This document shows, piece after piece, positions 47,070 through 63,031 of a stretch of 64,000 bases of DNA (position 1 is its first letter; each line of letters starts with the position of its first letter). Under the pieces are notes generated by a model. That model ran no database searches and had not been told where the DNA came from. It was given only the letters and a program-made list of their open reading frames with translations. This DNA comes from Eledone cirrhosa (Eukaryota): assembly GCA_964016885.1 (NCBI GenBank), contig OZ024754.1, positions 15,314,001 through 15,378,000 of the forward strand, in the 5' to 3' direction. The translations under genes and the position numbers were made by a program.

Positions 47070-47197
47070 GAATCGATCCTTGTACTGAAGTGGTACTTTT
47101 TAATCGACTCCGATAAGATGAAAGGCAGCGGTAACCGGAAAGAATATCGCAGAGCATTCTGTCTGACGTTCTAACGTCTCTGCCAATTGGCGGCCCA
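47070..47197 (-). mobile_element. diverged SINE
   Basis: TGGTACT..ATCGAC..GATGAAAGGCA..CTAACG.CTCTGCCAAT. Confidence 0.55.
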
Positions 47198-47240
47198 CAG
47201 TAATATATATATGTATATATATATATGTATATATATATAC

Positions 47241-47299
<59 letters not shown>

Positions 47300-47348
47300 T
47301 ATAAACGAGTATATATATATATATATATATATATAAATATATAAACGA

Positions 47349-47400
<52 letters not shown>

Positions 47401-47403
47401 GAG

Positions 47404-47435
<32 letters not shown>

Positions 47436-47550
47436 CAAATATACAAACGAATATATATATATATAACGAAGGAAATGTGGTAAGGAACCAAGTGGTCCAA
47501 CAAACTTTTGACCAATCCTTGTGACAATCACTTTTACCATATATAGAATT

Positions 47551-47646
47551 ACCCACTGAGAAGCTCGGCTATTCAAATACCAGGATAAAAAGGTTCATTT
47601 AGTCAAGAATTAGTCGTCGAAACGGCTTGAGCTCAGCCGTCGGGGT
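47551..47646 (+). ncRNA. degenerate hammerhead motif
   Basis: ACCC-a-CTGAGAA...CGGCTA...TAGTCG-tc-GAAAC GGC..GCC GTC-GGGGT. Same family as 54273-54390. Confidence 0.45.
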
Positions 47647-47669
47647 CCTACTCGTTCATATATATATAT

Positions 47670-47823
47670 GGACACACTAGAAGAGGAAGACCAAGGTTAA
47701 CGTATGTTGATGCCCTAAAGACAGACACTGGTCTGTTGGAGATGCAGGACATGGCAGCGATAATGAGGGACAGAGACCGCTGGAGAGAACTCGTCCATGG
47801 ATCTCGGGAATTTTACCCGCCTT

Positions 47824-47825
<2 letters not shown>
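47670..47825 (+). mobile_element. RTE-like LINE 3' fragment
   Basis: GHTRRGRPRLTYVDALKTDTG...MRDRDRWRELV. Confidence 0.7.
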
Positions 47826-47880
<55 letters not shown>

Positions 47881-47982
47881 TTGATAGGTAGATAGATAGA
47901 TATTATAGATAGATGTATACACATTTTGGTTGTTCGATTGTTCGAGTATATTGGAATGGACCGCAAATGGTTTCGACGATGA

Positions 47983-48140
47983 GTGTTCCAGTTGTTCGGT
48001 CAACGGAAGAGTTTGCTCCCGAAATTAACATGTAAGTAGCTGAGAAATGCACAGACACGTGTACCCTTAATGTAATTCTCTGAGGTATTCAACGTAACGC
48101 AGTGTGTTAAAAGGCTGACCCTTTGAATTACAAGTACCGT
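47983..48140. repeat. dispersed repeat, copy 2
   Basis: Aligns with 44682-44870. Confidence 0.65.
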
Positions 48141-48984
48141 TCATCTGATGGGCTGCCAAACTGTCACCCTCTACCCAATTCCATTCTCATGGCATGGGTC
48201 AGCCTGTAGCTGTGGTAAATGATATTTACCCAACATGCCAAGCAGTCGGATCGAACCGGCAACAACAACAACAATGACAACAACAACAACAGTCTCGAAA
48301 TCAGATGACCTTTAGCTATGACCTTACAATGGTGTTGCACTTATTTCTTGGTGACAACTTCATCATTTCAACTACTGCATCAACACATTTTTTCTGCAGC
48401 AACATCAAAACCACAATCATGGCAAACAAGCAAGTAAATTCTTCTCCCACAACAAATTCTACTATTTTAATATTAACCTTATTTAATGACAAAATAATCT
48501 GTTTATCCCATTCTCATCCTTCCACCATAACGCTTATATTGATATTAACACAAACTGGTAATTTACGTTCTACCACAACAGCTTTCAACTAATATAGAGG
48601 CTTCGACAAATAAAATTGTACTCTACGCCGTCTATACAAATAAAATGGAATCCCAAACTATGCTGATTTCGGTTAAAAACACGTACTAGTTCAGTGTTGC
48701 GGCATCGGAGCACAGACTACGCAACATCTCCTTTTATGCCCCTTGCTGGAACACCCCTGCACAGCATTGGACTTGGCAGAGTTTAATGAGAAAGGACAGC
48801 AATGAGTTAAGCTGTGGTGGAACCACTTCTAGCCAAGCTTTGTAGCTGACACTCTTGTGGACACGATAAGAAAAAGAAGTACAAGGAGCGATTCTCCCTC
48901 TATATATCCTTTTCACCCCCACCCCCCTCTCATTCTCTCTCACCACCGCGATATCAAAATTGATAAACTAGAATAAGGAGCAGA

Positions 48985-49290
48985 TATTGCAATAGCCTGA
49001 GGTTCAAGGGCCCTCAACTCTTCAACAAGCTGCCGAGGGATCTGAGAGATCTGCATGGTGTTGATGTGGATGTTTTCAAGAAACATATCGACACCTTTCT
49101 ATCAACGATCCCGGATGAGCCCAGAGCAAGGCACGAGGGAAACATATGGGCAGCAACAACGAACTCCTTCTTGCACCAGTGGTCAACCAATACAGGCTGG
49201 AGATAAAATGTGTAGCAACAAGGGCTGTGCCCCAGCATGGCCTCAGCCGGATGGCTGGAACAGGTAAAAGAGTAAAAGAGTAAAAACTAA
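48985..49290 (+). mobile_element. CR1/L2-group LINE 3' fragment
   Basis: NSLRFKGPQLFNKLPRDLRDLHGVDVDVFKKHIDTFLSTIPDEP, followed by a tandem (GTAAAAGA) tail. Confidence 0.7.
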
Positions 49291-49859
49291 GTACCAAACG
49301 AACTCCCGAAAGGGCAGTTCGCTATAATCAGCCGAAACATTTTAAAGCAGTGTCTTTACTTAGGACCAGTTGAAAGACTGAAATAAATAAAAGAATTTCA
49401 TGCCATCGTATATAATATATGAACTTTTATTTTACATTTTCCGTTTCTCGTCAACTCAAGAAAAATAAATGAGCATAAAACTTCAAAGACTTACAGAACG
49501 TCGTAGATTTTCAAACATTCTTTTTCTCAATCCACATTCTCTTCACACATACATTAAAAAAAACAACAACAACATTAAACATGGACAAAGAAAGAAACAA
49601 TAAATATTACTTCAAAGCTTCGATGTAGTCTTTAATTCTACAGATTTACACTTCTCTGCAACTGTTTTCTTATTTTTAATATTTTATAAGAACAACTACA
49701 ATAACAACAATACGACAGATATATTGTGAGTGACATATGTATATGTGGTATATATTGTATCACGTTCTCTGGCTTTCTTTCTATCACCTTTTCTATCTTT
49801 TTATCTCTTTCTTCCTCTGCTCTCATTTGCTTTCTTCTTGTTTTCCCTCTCTATCTCTA

Positions 49860-49891
<32 letters not shown>

Positions 49892-49898
49892 CATATAT

Positions 49899-50001
<103 letters not shown>

Positions 50002-50042
50002 ATACATATATATATATATGTTTTATGTATATATATATATAT

Positions 50043-50283
50043 ACAATATATTAACAAATGGAAACTATATTTATAAAACTATATTTATTTCATTATACAT
50101 ATTTCAAGGGCCACCAAAGTAAACTATGGTGCGCTTTCATCAGATAAAATATAATATAGGTTAGTTTTATAAATAAATATTGACATACCCTTAAAAAATG
50201 CAACCATTGACATACCCTTAAAAAATGTATAATGAAATAAATATGGTTTTATAAATATAGTTTCCATTTGTTAATATATTGTA
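50043..50283. mobile_element. small inverted-repeat PLE-like remnant with hammerhead motif (50093-50147, minus strand)
   Basis: About 58-bp inverted arms (50043-50100 / 50226-50283). Minus strand TTAT-CTGATGA-AAG..CACC..GGTG..CTT-GAAATATGTATAA. Confidence 0.55.
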
Positions 50284-50370
50284 TATTTACTCCAATAATT
50301 TGTTGAGTGCTTTATATCAGTTATAAAAATATTTTGCTTGTTGTATCCCAACGAATTAAATATAACCTCT

Positions 50371-50441
<71 letters not shown>

Positions 50442-52204
50442 CTTAAATAAAATATAATTTAAGAACTAAAATGAAAAGCAGAAAAATCTAGGAACGCTAT
50501 AATAGAGAGAAAAAACATTTATATTTATGACTGCTACCACTTTCAATTGCATGCACTTTGAATATTTGCACTATGCAAACATATTTTTCTTTGAAAGAAA
50601 TCTATATTTCTTTTGCATTTGCCAAAATTTCGCTTCGAGACATTTTCAGTCACAATCAGGTGCATATATTTCTCGTCAGTATACATTATGTAATATTTTG
50701 TTATTCTACGAACTAAAGAAAGAATATGAGAAACAAAAACAAAAAGGAAATATGCAGTCACTACAAACAAAATAACACAAATGAAAGATACTTCTACATA
50801 TAAATATAAATGGAAACAATTAAATAACTAGATACACGTTTTAAAGTCTCTGTTGGTAATAATTTTACAAATAAATTACAACGTTTTCATGATATTTTGT
50901 TGACATTTTCAAGATTGGATAAACTGTGAATAAGTTCATAAGCGTACATTAGATAAACATACATTCAGCTACATCGAATAAGTTATTGTATTTTCAAGAA
51001 TATTCTGTTTTTATAAATTGTTTTCTTAGAGATTGAATATGTTCATAGTTTATTATAAAGTTTGGTACATTTGTGTAACTGTTTATAAAGTCGTTCAATT
51101 AGCGTTATAAAGAAAATCTAATTTATGTGTCATTTGATATGAATTGTTCCCGCGATCGGTCGGTCTATCACGTTCGACAAACAGAATTAGAGTGAAGCGG
51201 TAGCGACAGTAATAGATAGAGGGGGTGGGGAAGAGATTTAAAATACGGATTGAAGACGGTTTTATTTGGAGTTACGAGCAGAGTGAGAGGGGGGGGGGGG
51301 GAGAGAAAGAGAGAAAGAAAAAGCGAAAAAAAATAGAGAGGAAAAAGAGAGATAGAGAGAAAGACAGAGAGAGAGAGTAAGAAGGGCAAAGAACGCGATA
51401 CGGGGGTAAACTCACGCACACGGACACGCACCCACTCTTTCTCTCTCACTCTCACACAGGCACACACATATAGACATGTACGTACATGCTGTCTGGTAAA
51501 CAAGAAAATGTAAACTTTAACATGTAAATTTTAACATACCAAATGAGACTGTTACATTTCTAATATCTGTAACAGCGTCCTACTACGATCTACGTATATT
51601 ATACACAAACTATGGAATAAAAACCTAACATTATACACAAGACATTTATATTATTTGTAAAACAGTTGACTGACAAACAATAGAATACAAACGAAGACAA
51701 AATCTGTTATATACAACATATTTATATTAGTTGTAAAACAATTAGTTGATAATAATGACAACAATAACAACAGCAATAATAATAAAAAGAAAAGGAAACA
51801 AAAGAAAAACGAATAGGAAAATATAGAGAAAAAAGAGAAAAAGAGAGAAAATAAGAACGGGAAGGCGATGGCAAGAACTCTAGTGTCCCAGAAGAGAGGG
51901 GAGGAATGAAGGGGAGGGTGATTGGGCTTTGGGCCTAGAGCATGGGGCAGAAGGGTGGTGCTACGGGGACAGGAGCGTAAAAGCATTCCTAATGTGGAAG
52001 AAAATTAGATATAACTTTGTTAACTTTGATAGGTTTCGGCCAGTGTTGTTCCAGACCATGTCTAACTTAATATTACTACCATATTGGTATCCTTCGCAGG
52101 ATATTTGACTGGGAAATATCTTTAAGTATGATATACATAGTATTGATGTATTGTATGATATACATAGTATTGATGTATTGATGTATTGATGTATTGTTTT
52201 TCCA

Positions 52205-52385
52205 GAGCTCAGTGGTTAGGCCTCTTTATTTCGTTCGCTGGGAGTTGAAAACCTGCTGAGATCAGCTTTGCCTTTCAGATATCGATAAAGTACAGTACCA
52301 ATCAAGTACTGGGGGGTCGATATAATGGATTTTCACCTTCCAGGAAAATGCTGGCCTTGTGCGTTAATAAGAAATCATTATTATA
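52205..52385 (+). mobile_element. diverged SINE with Tx1-like 3' end
   Basis: CTTTGCCTTTCA..TCGATAAA..AGTACCA..GCTGGCCTTGTGCGTTAATAAGAAATCATTATT. Confidence 0.7.
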
Positions 52386-52399
52386 ATTATATTTGCGAG

Positions 52400-52492
52400 A
52401 TTGATTGGCTCATCGAGCGCATCTCCCTTACCATCTTCTCCGTTCTGTCCGCCGGGGCTGTGGGGCGGTCAGCACGTGGGACGCCATTTGCT
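52400..52492. promoter_or_regulatory. possible Pol II promoter-like motif cluster
   Basis: ATTGG (52404), GGGGCGG (52462), CACGTG (52473) and CGCCATTT (52482) in a locally GC/CpG-rich unique segment. Confidence 0.25.
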
Positions 52493-52717
52493 CATAATAC
52501 AGAGAGATGTGGAGGGCGAGAGAGATGGAGGCCATGACAGTGGAGTTCGGTTCTTCCGTGTTGGGACACATTTGTCAAACACTTCCAATTATATTTGAAA
52601 GGCAGTGGATAACAACCACATGGCCTTCCCGATTAAAGCGGGACGCTAGGGCTATCTTCACAATGGATTCAGTTGATAACCAGATCCGTCCCTATTATTA
52701 TTATTATTATTATTATA

Positions 52718-53618
52718 GGCGGTGGATTGGCAGTATTGGTAGAGTGTCGGACGCCATGCTTTGGCGCATAGAGTTACGGCCCTTGCCATTCTGAGTTCAA
52801 ATCCCGCCGAGGTTAACTTTGACTTTCATCCTTACGGGGGTCGATAAAATAAAGTACCAGTAATGTACTGGGTAATTTGCTGGCCTTGTGCCTAACGTAG
52901 AAACAATTATTATTATTATTATTATTATAGGCGGTGGATTGGCAGTATCGGTAGAGGGTCGGACGCCATGCTTTGCAGCATAGAGTTACGGTCCTTTACA
53001 GTCTGAGTTCAAATCCCGCCGAGGTTAACTTTGACTTTCATCCTTACGGGGGTCGATAAAATAAAGTACCAGTAACGTACTGGGGTCGATTTAATCGATT
53101 TCCCCCTCCCCCAAAATTGCTGGCCTTGTGCCTATATAAGAAACCATTATTATAAAGGCGTTGCATTGGCAGTATCGGTAGAGAGTCGGACACCATGCTT
53201 TAAAGCATAGAGTTACGTCCCTTTACGATCTGAGTTCAAATCCCGCCGAGGTCAACTTTGCCTTTCATCATTACGAGGTCGATAAAATAAAGTACCAGTA
53301 ATAGACTGGGTAATTGCTGGCCTTGTGCCAAAAGTAGAAACAATTATTATTATTTAAATAGAATAAAAGTACCAGTAAGGCACTGGGGTCGATTTAATCT
53401 ATTTTCCCTTTCCCCCAAAAGTGTTAGCCTTGTGGATTGGCAGTATCGGTAGAGGGTCGGGTGCCATGCTTTGCAGCATAGAGTTATGCCCCTTTATGGT
53501 CTGAGTTCAAATCCCGCTGAGGTTAACTTTGCCTTTCATCCTTACTGGGTCGATAAAATAAAGTTCCAGTAATGCACTGGGATAATTGCTGGCCTTGTGC
53601 CAAAAGTGGAAACAATTA
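52718..53618 (+). mobile_element. head-to-tail array of about 5 SINE copies separated by (ATT)n
   Basis: Units start at about 52718, 52930, 53157, 53362 (partial) and 53433. Confidence 0.9.
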
Positions 53619-53688
53619 TATATATGTGTGTGTATAAGAGAGTGAGTGTGTGCGGGTGTGTCTGTGTCTGTGTGTGTTTGTGTGCGCA

Positions 53689-53726
<38 letters not shown>

Positions 53727-53765
53727 ACATATATATATGTATGAGTAAGTGTGCATATTTGAGTA

Positions 53766-53798
<33 letters not shown>

Positions 53799-53903
53799 GA
53801 ATACATATATATTCATACATATAAATACATGTGTGTATATATATGTTTATGTATGTATATATAATATATATATATATATATGTTTATACTTAGGGTAAAT
53901 ATT

Positions 53904-54084
53904 TGTTTCTACTTTAGGCACAAGGCCAGCAATTTCCCAGTACATTACTGGTACTTTATTTTATCGACTCCGTAAGGATGAAAGGCAAAGTCAACCTCGG
54001 CGGGATTTGAACTCAGATCGTAAAGGGACGTAACTATGCTGGAAAGCATGGCGTCCGACCCTCTACCGATACTGCCAATCCACT
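53904..54084 (-). mobile_element. SINE with 13-bp target-site duplication
   Basis: TAGGGTAAATATT at 53891-53903 and 54098-54110. Confidence 0.85.
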
Positions 54085-54272
54085 ACGTGGTAAATATTAG
54101 GGTAAATATTGATGCAATTCAATTCAAGCACTCAACGCACTTTTTCCACATAGGAGTGACGGAGTAAATATCGAATAAGGAAAAGCGAAGTAGTTTCAGA
54201 TGTTCAAGTCTTTTAATAATAATGCTGTGATATATATTTCAATTACGACACTGTTTATATATATATATATAT

Positions 54273-54390
54273 ATAGGAAAAAGTATGACCCCGACGGCAG
54301 AGCTCAAGCCGTTTCGATGGCTATTTATGAGACCAGAAATAGCCCTCGAAACGGCTTGAGCTCTGCCGTCGGGGTCATACTTTTTCCTAT
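54273..54390. repeat. fold-back hairpin made from the 3' half of a hammerhead (PLE remnant)
   Basis: About 45-bp perfect arms containing GAAACGGCTTGAGCTCTGCCGTCGGGGTC. Lies within (TA)n. Confidence 0.8.
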
Positions 54391-54633
54391 TTCCCACTTT
54401 ACTACCCTAAGTATTGAGTACTCTTGTGCGTTATGGTCCATCTGGTACCTCATCACAATTCCTTTGTTTTATATATATATATATATATATATAATATTGG
54501 TATTTTCTTCGGGGTTATAAGAGGCTTAGCTCTGTTTCTCGACCGTTATATCGCGTGACTATCTCCCTCTCCGCCTTTTGGGATTCTTTCTCACGTCGTG
54601 TAGACGCGTTCTTGAGACTAGTAAAATGAGGTA

Positions 54634-54721
54634 TCCTCTTGATAAGTCGGCAGACCTCGCAAGGACTCTGTCTTTATGATATATTGTTTTTGTTTATGCC
54701 ATGAAACTACGTAGTCGAGGA
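54634..54721 (+). ncRNA. type I hammerhead ribozyme, U3-A8 core variant, copy 1
   Basis: TCCTC-TTGATAA-GTcGGCA...TGCCAT-GAAAC TACGTA GTC-GAGGA. Confidence 0.75.
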
Positions 54722-55226
54722 ATTTAGGAGCAGTTTAGGTATGATACATTTTATTACTAATTATATCTAAATGTTTCTTCTCTCTTCATAATGTATTTTT
54801 AACTCTGATACTGGTTCAGTCTAGTTCAACTGAATTGGTCTGTCCCAGTCATTCATTGAGCAACATCGGTGAAGTTGGCACCCTTAACTCACAATTGGGT
54901 GCGGATGCATTCATGTATATATGTGTGTGTCCGCATGTATCTGTGTGTTTCTAAATATATTGTTAATAACTCCCTCTGGTCGAGCAATCTTTGAAGTGTG
55001 GGGACAGCTGGAAAGCTTCCATTACTCATACTTCTCGCCTTCTTCACCACCTCTTCTGCGGCCTCGATATAAATACCCGCTCCGCCTCCGTGGTATTTTC
55101 TTCGGGGTTATAAGAGGCTTAGCTCTGTTTCTCGACCGTTATATCGCGTGACTATCTCCCCCTCCGCCTTTTGGGATTCTTTCTCACGTCGTGTAGACGC
55201 GTTCTTGAGACTAGTAAAATGAGGTA

Positions 55227-55314
55227 TCCTCTTGATAAGTCGGCAGACCTCGCAAGGACTCTGTCTTTATGATATATTGTTTTTGTTTATGCCACGAAAC
55301 TACGTAGTCGAGGA
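55227..55314 (+). ncRNA. type I hammerhead ribozyme, U3-A8 core variant, copy 2
   Basis: TCCTC-TTGATAA-GTcGGCA...TGCCAC-GAAAC TACGTA GTC-GAGGA. Confidence 0.78.
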
Positions 55315-55386
55315 ATTTAGGAGCAGTTTAGGTATGATACATTTTATTACTAATTATATCTAAATGTTTCTTCTCTCTTCATAATG

Positions 55387-55516
<130 letters not shown>

Positions 55517-55686
55517 GTCACTGTATAATAAAGTAAACACATATAAGAATTATAGAAAAAAACAAATAAAGTGTATATTAATATTTACCTCAATGCTATC
55601 CAAAACAGGTGGCGATTGTTCTAACTGTATTTCTTGCCTGGAATGTAGATAAATTAAAACTATAATATACACATATATGTATGTAA

Positions 55687-55733
<47 letters not shown>

Positions 55734-55777
55734 ATTATATGTATATATATATATGTGATTATATGTATATATATATA

Positions 55778-55817
<40 letters not shown>

Positions 55818-55842
55818 ATTATATATATATATATATATGTGC

Positions 55843-55945
<103 letters not shown>

Positions 55946-56020
55946 AATAAAGTTAGTCCTTCATCAGAAGGACTAACTTTATTCATATGTAACCCATTAG
56001 CAACCACGCAGCACGTTTAT

Positions 56021-56120
<100 letters not shown>

Positions 56121-56151
56121 ATGTGTGTATATATATATGTATATATATGTG

Positions 56152-56201
<50 letters not shown>

Positions 56202-57566
56202 CACAAACTATGACAATTTAATCAACAAAAAGAATGAATTATTTAGTAGTTGTCATCATAAAATTGGTAAGACTTTCCAGGCAATGTACCAGTTCCAAAT
56301 AAATAAGGACAAATAACACCTTGAATATATGTAAATTTTGCCTAATTGAAGTAATAATTTATAGATATTTATATGTAATAGCATAACCTCATTGAGAGTT
56401 TTATTTTTATCCTATGAATTGATTAAGATAGCTCACTATTTAATTAGACATTAATTAAGATATATACATTAGATATGTTGAGGGTCTTAACAAATCGTTG
56501 GACGAGAGAGAAGATATTCTTTCTAATTTAAACATTTTTTTACATTGTAAAAGAGTTATCTTCCTTTTTGTCCGTAAATTTTATTAGCTTGCAAAAAAAT
56601 ATATATAAAATATAAAATATAGATTAATAAATAATAATTAATAGTTTAATAATACATAAACTATCACTAAACTTAAACTATATATATTAGAATAATTAAG
56701 TATTGAAGTAAATATAAATATAACCCTTCATTAAGTGAAATGAATTTATGGAGCGTAAATAGTTAGATTTTTAAAAATAAATGAAAATAGAAAAATAACG
56801 AAGTTTCACATAAAGTAGAATTCTGAATTAATTTAAATGATAAATGAACAAATTATGTTATATATTGATGTGGATATATGTATTTTTAATATATCTTAAT
56901 ACATATTTAATAGTTATTTAATAAGCATTAAAGATAAATTGTTTAATGTTGTATTATAATGCTAAATAGAATATCTTACCTTATAATAAAATATTATCAT
57001 AATCTAGAATGAGTTAAATTAAATTAAATTAATTAAGCATATAAATTTGTAATTAAATTAAATTAATTAAGCATATAAATTTGTAATGAATTCGATTGCC
57101 GTAGAAATTAATCCATGCCTAATAATCTAGATATATTATAAACTTATAATTAACTAAAGCGTAATCCAATACAAGCAGTATTCACTGAAATATAATATGA
57201 ACAAATTTTGAATTTTTGTCTAGCATTTGAATACAACGGTTTTTTTTATTCTCTCCTTTACTCTATCCTTTCCTTTCCATTTTCTTCTCTTCTTTATTTC
57301 CCCTCTTTTCTCTCCACATCTTCCCTTTCAACTCCCCTTCTATATTTCTTCGTTCTTTTAAGTCCTCTTCTTCTCTAAGTTTATCATATTATTTGTGGTA
57401 TATATTTGTGGTATATACTGGGTAATTGCTGGCCTTGTGCCTAACGTAGAAACAATTATTTGTGGTATATAAATATTGAGGGTTGGTGAAATAACTTACT
57501 GCCAGTACAAGAATTGAAGATTCAAGTACCTTAGCGGTATGTCGCATATCCAATCTCTTATATATG

Positions 57567-57618
57567 TTATCTGATGAAAACGTACTGAAACACCATTGTA
57601 CCTTTGAAATATGTATAA
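57567..57618 (+). ncRNA. minimal hammerhead-like motif
   Basis: TTAT-CTGATGA-AAAcGTAC...GTACcTTT-GAAATATGTATAA. Related to 50093-50147, with different but still paired helix II. Confidence 0.55.
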
Positions 57619-57670
57619 TAAAATATATACTTTGGTTATGATAATATTTCTCATTTATTAATATTTTGAA

Positions 57671-57727
<57 letters not shown>

Positions 57728-57729
57728 AT

Positions 57730-57945
57730 GATTTCTAGTATATGCACAAAGCCAGCAAGTTGTGGGAAGGGGAAAGTCGATTAAATCGACCCAGTACGTT
57801 ACTGGTACTTTATTTTATCGACCCCGTAAGGATGAGAAGCAAAGTTAACCTCGGCGGGATTTGAACTCAGAATGGCAAGGGTCGTAACTCTATACGTCAA
57901 AGCATGGTGTCCGACCCTCTACCGATACTGCCAATCCACTGCCCC
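57730..57945 (-). mobile_element. full-length SINE
   Basis: Same family as 52930-53150. Confidence 0.85.
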
Positions 57946-58017
57946 TATACATATAATAATAATAATAATAAAGGATAATTTGTTATGTCTTCATTACATA
58001 TATATCCTAGAAAGGAT

Positions 58018-58069
58018 AGTTTCAGAAGATCCCGTAAACGGGTGAAAGCAACGATTCTTTGCCTAAACT
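58018..58069 (+). ncRNA. decayed hammerhead-like motif
   Basis: AGTTT-CAGAAGA-t CCCG TAAA CGGG t-GAAA GCAA..TTGC c t-AAACT. All three helices pair but two core positions deviate. Confidence 0.45.
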
Positions 58070-58080
58070 TTAATCGGTTC

Positions 58081-58186
<106 letters not shown>

Positions 58187-58324
58187 GTATATCTTCATGT
58201 AGAAATGACTTCTATTGGACAAGAACTATTTCATTCGTTTGAAATCAGCAGGATTATCAGATAATATTGGTTAAGTTCGGTATTTATATATTTCTTTGTG
58301 TTGGTAGGAGGGGGCGGAGGAGAA

Positions 58325-58410
58325 GGAGAAGAAGAAGAAGAAGAAGAAGAAGAAGAAGAAGAAGAAGAAGAAGAAGAAGAAGAAGAAGAAGAAGAAGAAG
58401 AAGAAGAAGA
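58325..58410. repeat. (GAA)n microsatellite
   Basis: Read directly from the sequence. Confidence 0.95.
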
Positions 58411-58544
58411 CAGTTGTCAATTTTTTTTTAGAAGGGGAAATAATTCATAAGATATTAATAAAATATCAGGTTTGACTAACCTTGATTTCGATGAATCCAA
58501 AGGCAAAGAGTTATGGAGACGTGTTTCTACCTCATTTTAGTCTT

Positions 58545-59743
58545 CTTAACATAACATTACCCTCGTACCCTTCTCTCGTGTATTGAGACATGTTTTATTT
58601 TCAATTTTGTCTCCTTAACATAACATTACCCTCGTACCCTTCTCTCGTGTATTGAGACATGTTTTATCTTCAATTTTGTCTCCTTAACATAACATTACCC
58701 TGGTACCCTTCTCTCGTGTATTGAGACATGTTTTATTTTCAATTTTGTCTCCTTAACATAACATTACCCCGTACCCTTCTCTCGTGTATTGAGACATGTT
58801 TTATCTTCAATTTTGTCTCCTTAACATAACATTACCCCGTACCCTTCTCTCGTGTATTGAGACATGTTTTATCTTCAATTTTGTCTCCTTAACATAACAT
58901 TACCCTCGTACCCTTCTCTCGTGTATTGAGACATGTTTTATTTTCAATTTTGTCTCCTTAACATAACATTACCCCGTACCCTTCTCTCGTGTATTGAGAC
59001 ATGTTTTATTTTCAATTTTGTCTCCTTAACATAACATTACCCCGTACCCTTCTCTCGTGTATTGAGACATGTTTTATTTTCAATTTTGTCTCCTTAACAT
59101 AACATTACCCCGTACCCTTCTCTCGTGTATTGAGACATGTTTTATTTTCAATTTTGTCTCCTTAACATAACATTACCCCGTACCCTTCTCTCGTGTATTG
59201 AGACATGTTTTATTTTCAATTTTGTCTCCTTAACATAACATTACCCCGTACCCTTCTCTCGTGTATTGAGACATGTTTTATCCTCAAATTTGTCTCCTTA
59301 ACATAACATTACCATTCTTACCTTCTCTCGTGTATTGAGACATGTTTTATTTTCAATTTTGTCTCCTTAACATAACATTACCCCGTACCCTTCTCTCGTG
59401 TATTGAGACATGTTTTATTTTCAATTTTGTCTCCTTAACATAACATTACCCCGTACCCTTCTCTCGTGTATTGAGACATGTTTTATTTTCAATTTTGTCT
59501 CCTTAACATAACATTACCCCGTACCCTTCTCTCGTGTATTGAGACATGTTTTATTTTCAATTTTGTCTCCTTAACATAACATTACCCCGTACCCTTCTCT
59601 CGTGTATTGAGACATGTTTTATTTTCAATTTTGTCTCCTTAACATAACATTACCCCGTACCCTTCTCTCGTGTATTGAGACATGTTTTATCCTCAAATTT
59701 GTCTCCTTAACATAACATACCATTCTTACCTTCTCTCGTGTAT
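58545..59743. repeat. 68-69-bp minisatellite, about 17.5 copies
   Basis: Unit CCTTAACATAACATTACCCCGTACCCTTCTCTCGTGTATTGAGACATGTTTTATTTTCAATTTTGTCT. Confidence 0.97.
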
Positions 59744-59954
59744 GAACAGTTTAAGCATCCTCATGGCCAACATTTATTTGCGTGCTTCAACAATACCATT
59801 TCACACAGAATAACAACTTCTAAATGAATCAACGTTTACAAATTAGGTTGAGTACAATTGCATTTAAATTGTCTCTGCTGTTATACTGTTGTTATGGGTT
59901 ACGTGATTGCTTTCATTCGTTCTCCGGCTTTGAAAGCGTATCATGCTCGAAATT

Positions 59955-62972
<3,018 letters not shown>

Positions 62973-62980
62973 ATAGAAGG

Positions 62981-63031
62981 AGCTTCTACAGGACTAGTAC
63001 TGTTTCATTCAGATGAAATCTTCAGGAAGCT
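62981..63031 (-). ncRNA. compact type I hammerhead ribozyme
   Basis: Minus strand AGCTTC-CTGAAGA-t TTC ATCT GAA t-GAAAC AG TACTAGTC CT GTA-GAAGCT. 6-bp helix I and 4-bp helix III. Confidence 0.78.

Noticed and set aside
49300-49350. CCCGAAAGGGC...GCCGAAAC hammerhead candidate
   Set aside because: The core box does not fit CUGANGA and helix I is not evident.
54797-54815. CTCTGATAC as a tRNA-Met primer-binding site, making 54498-55389 an LTR/TRIM element
   Set aside because: Partial match on the wrong strand and side, with no TG...CA termini or TSD.
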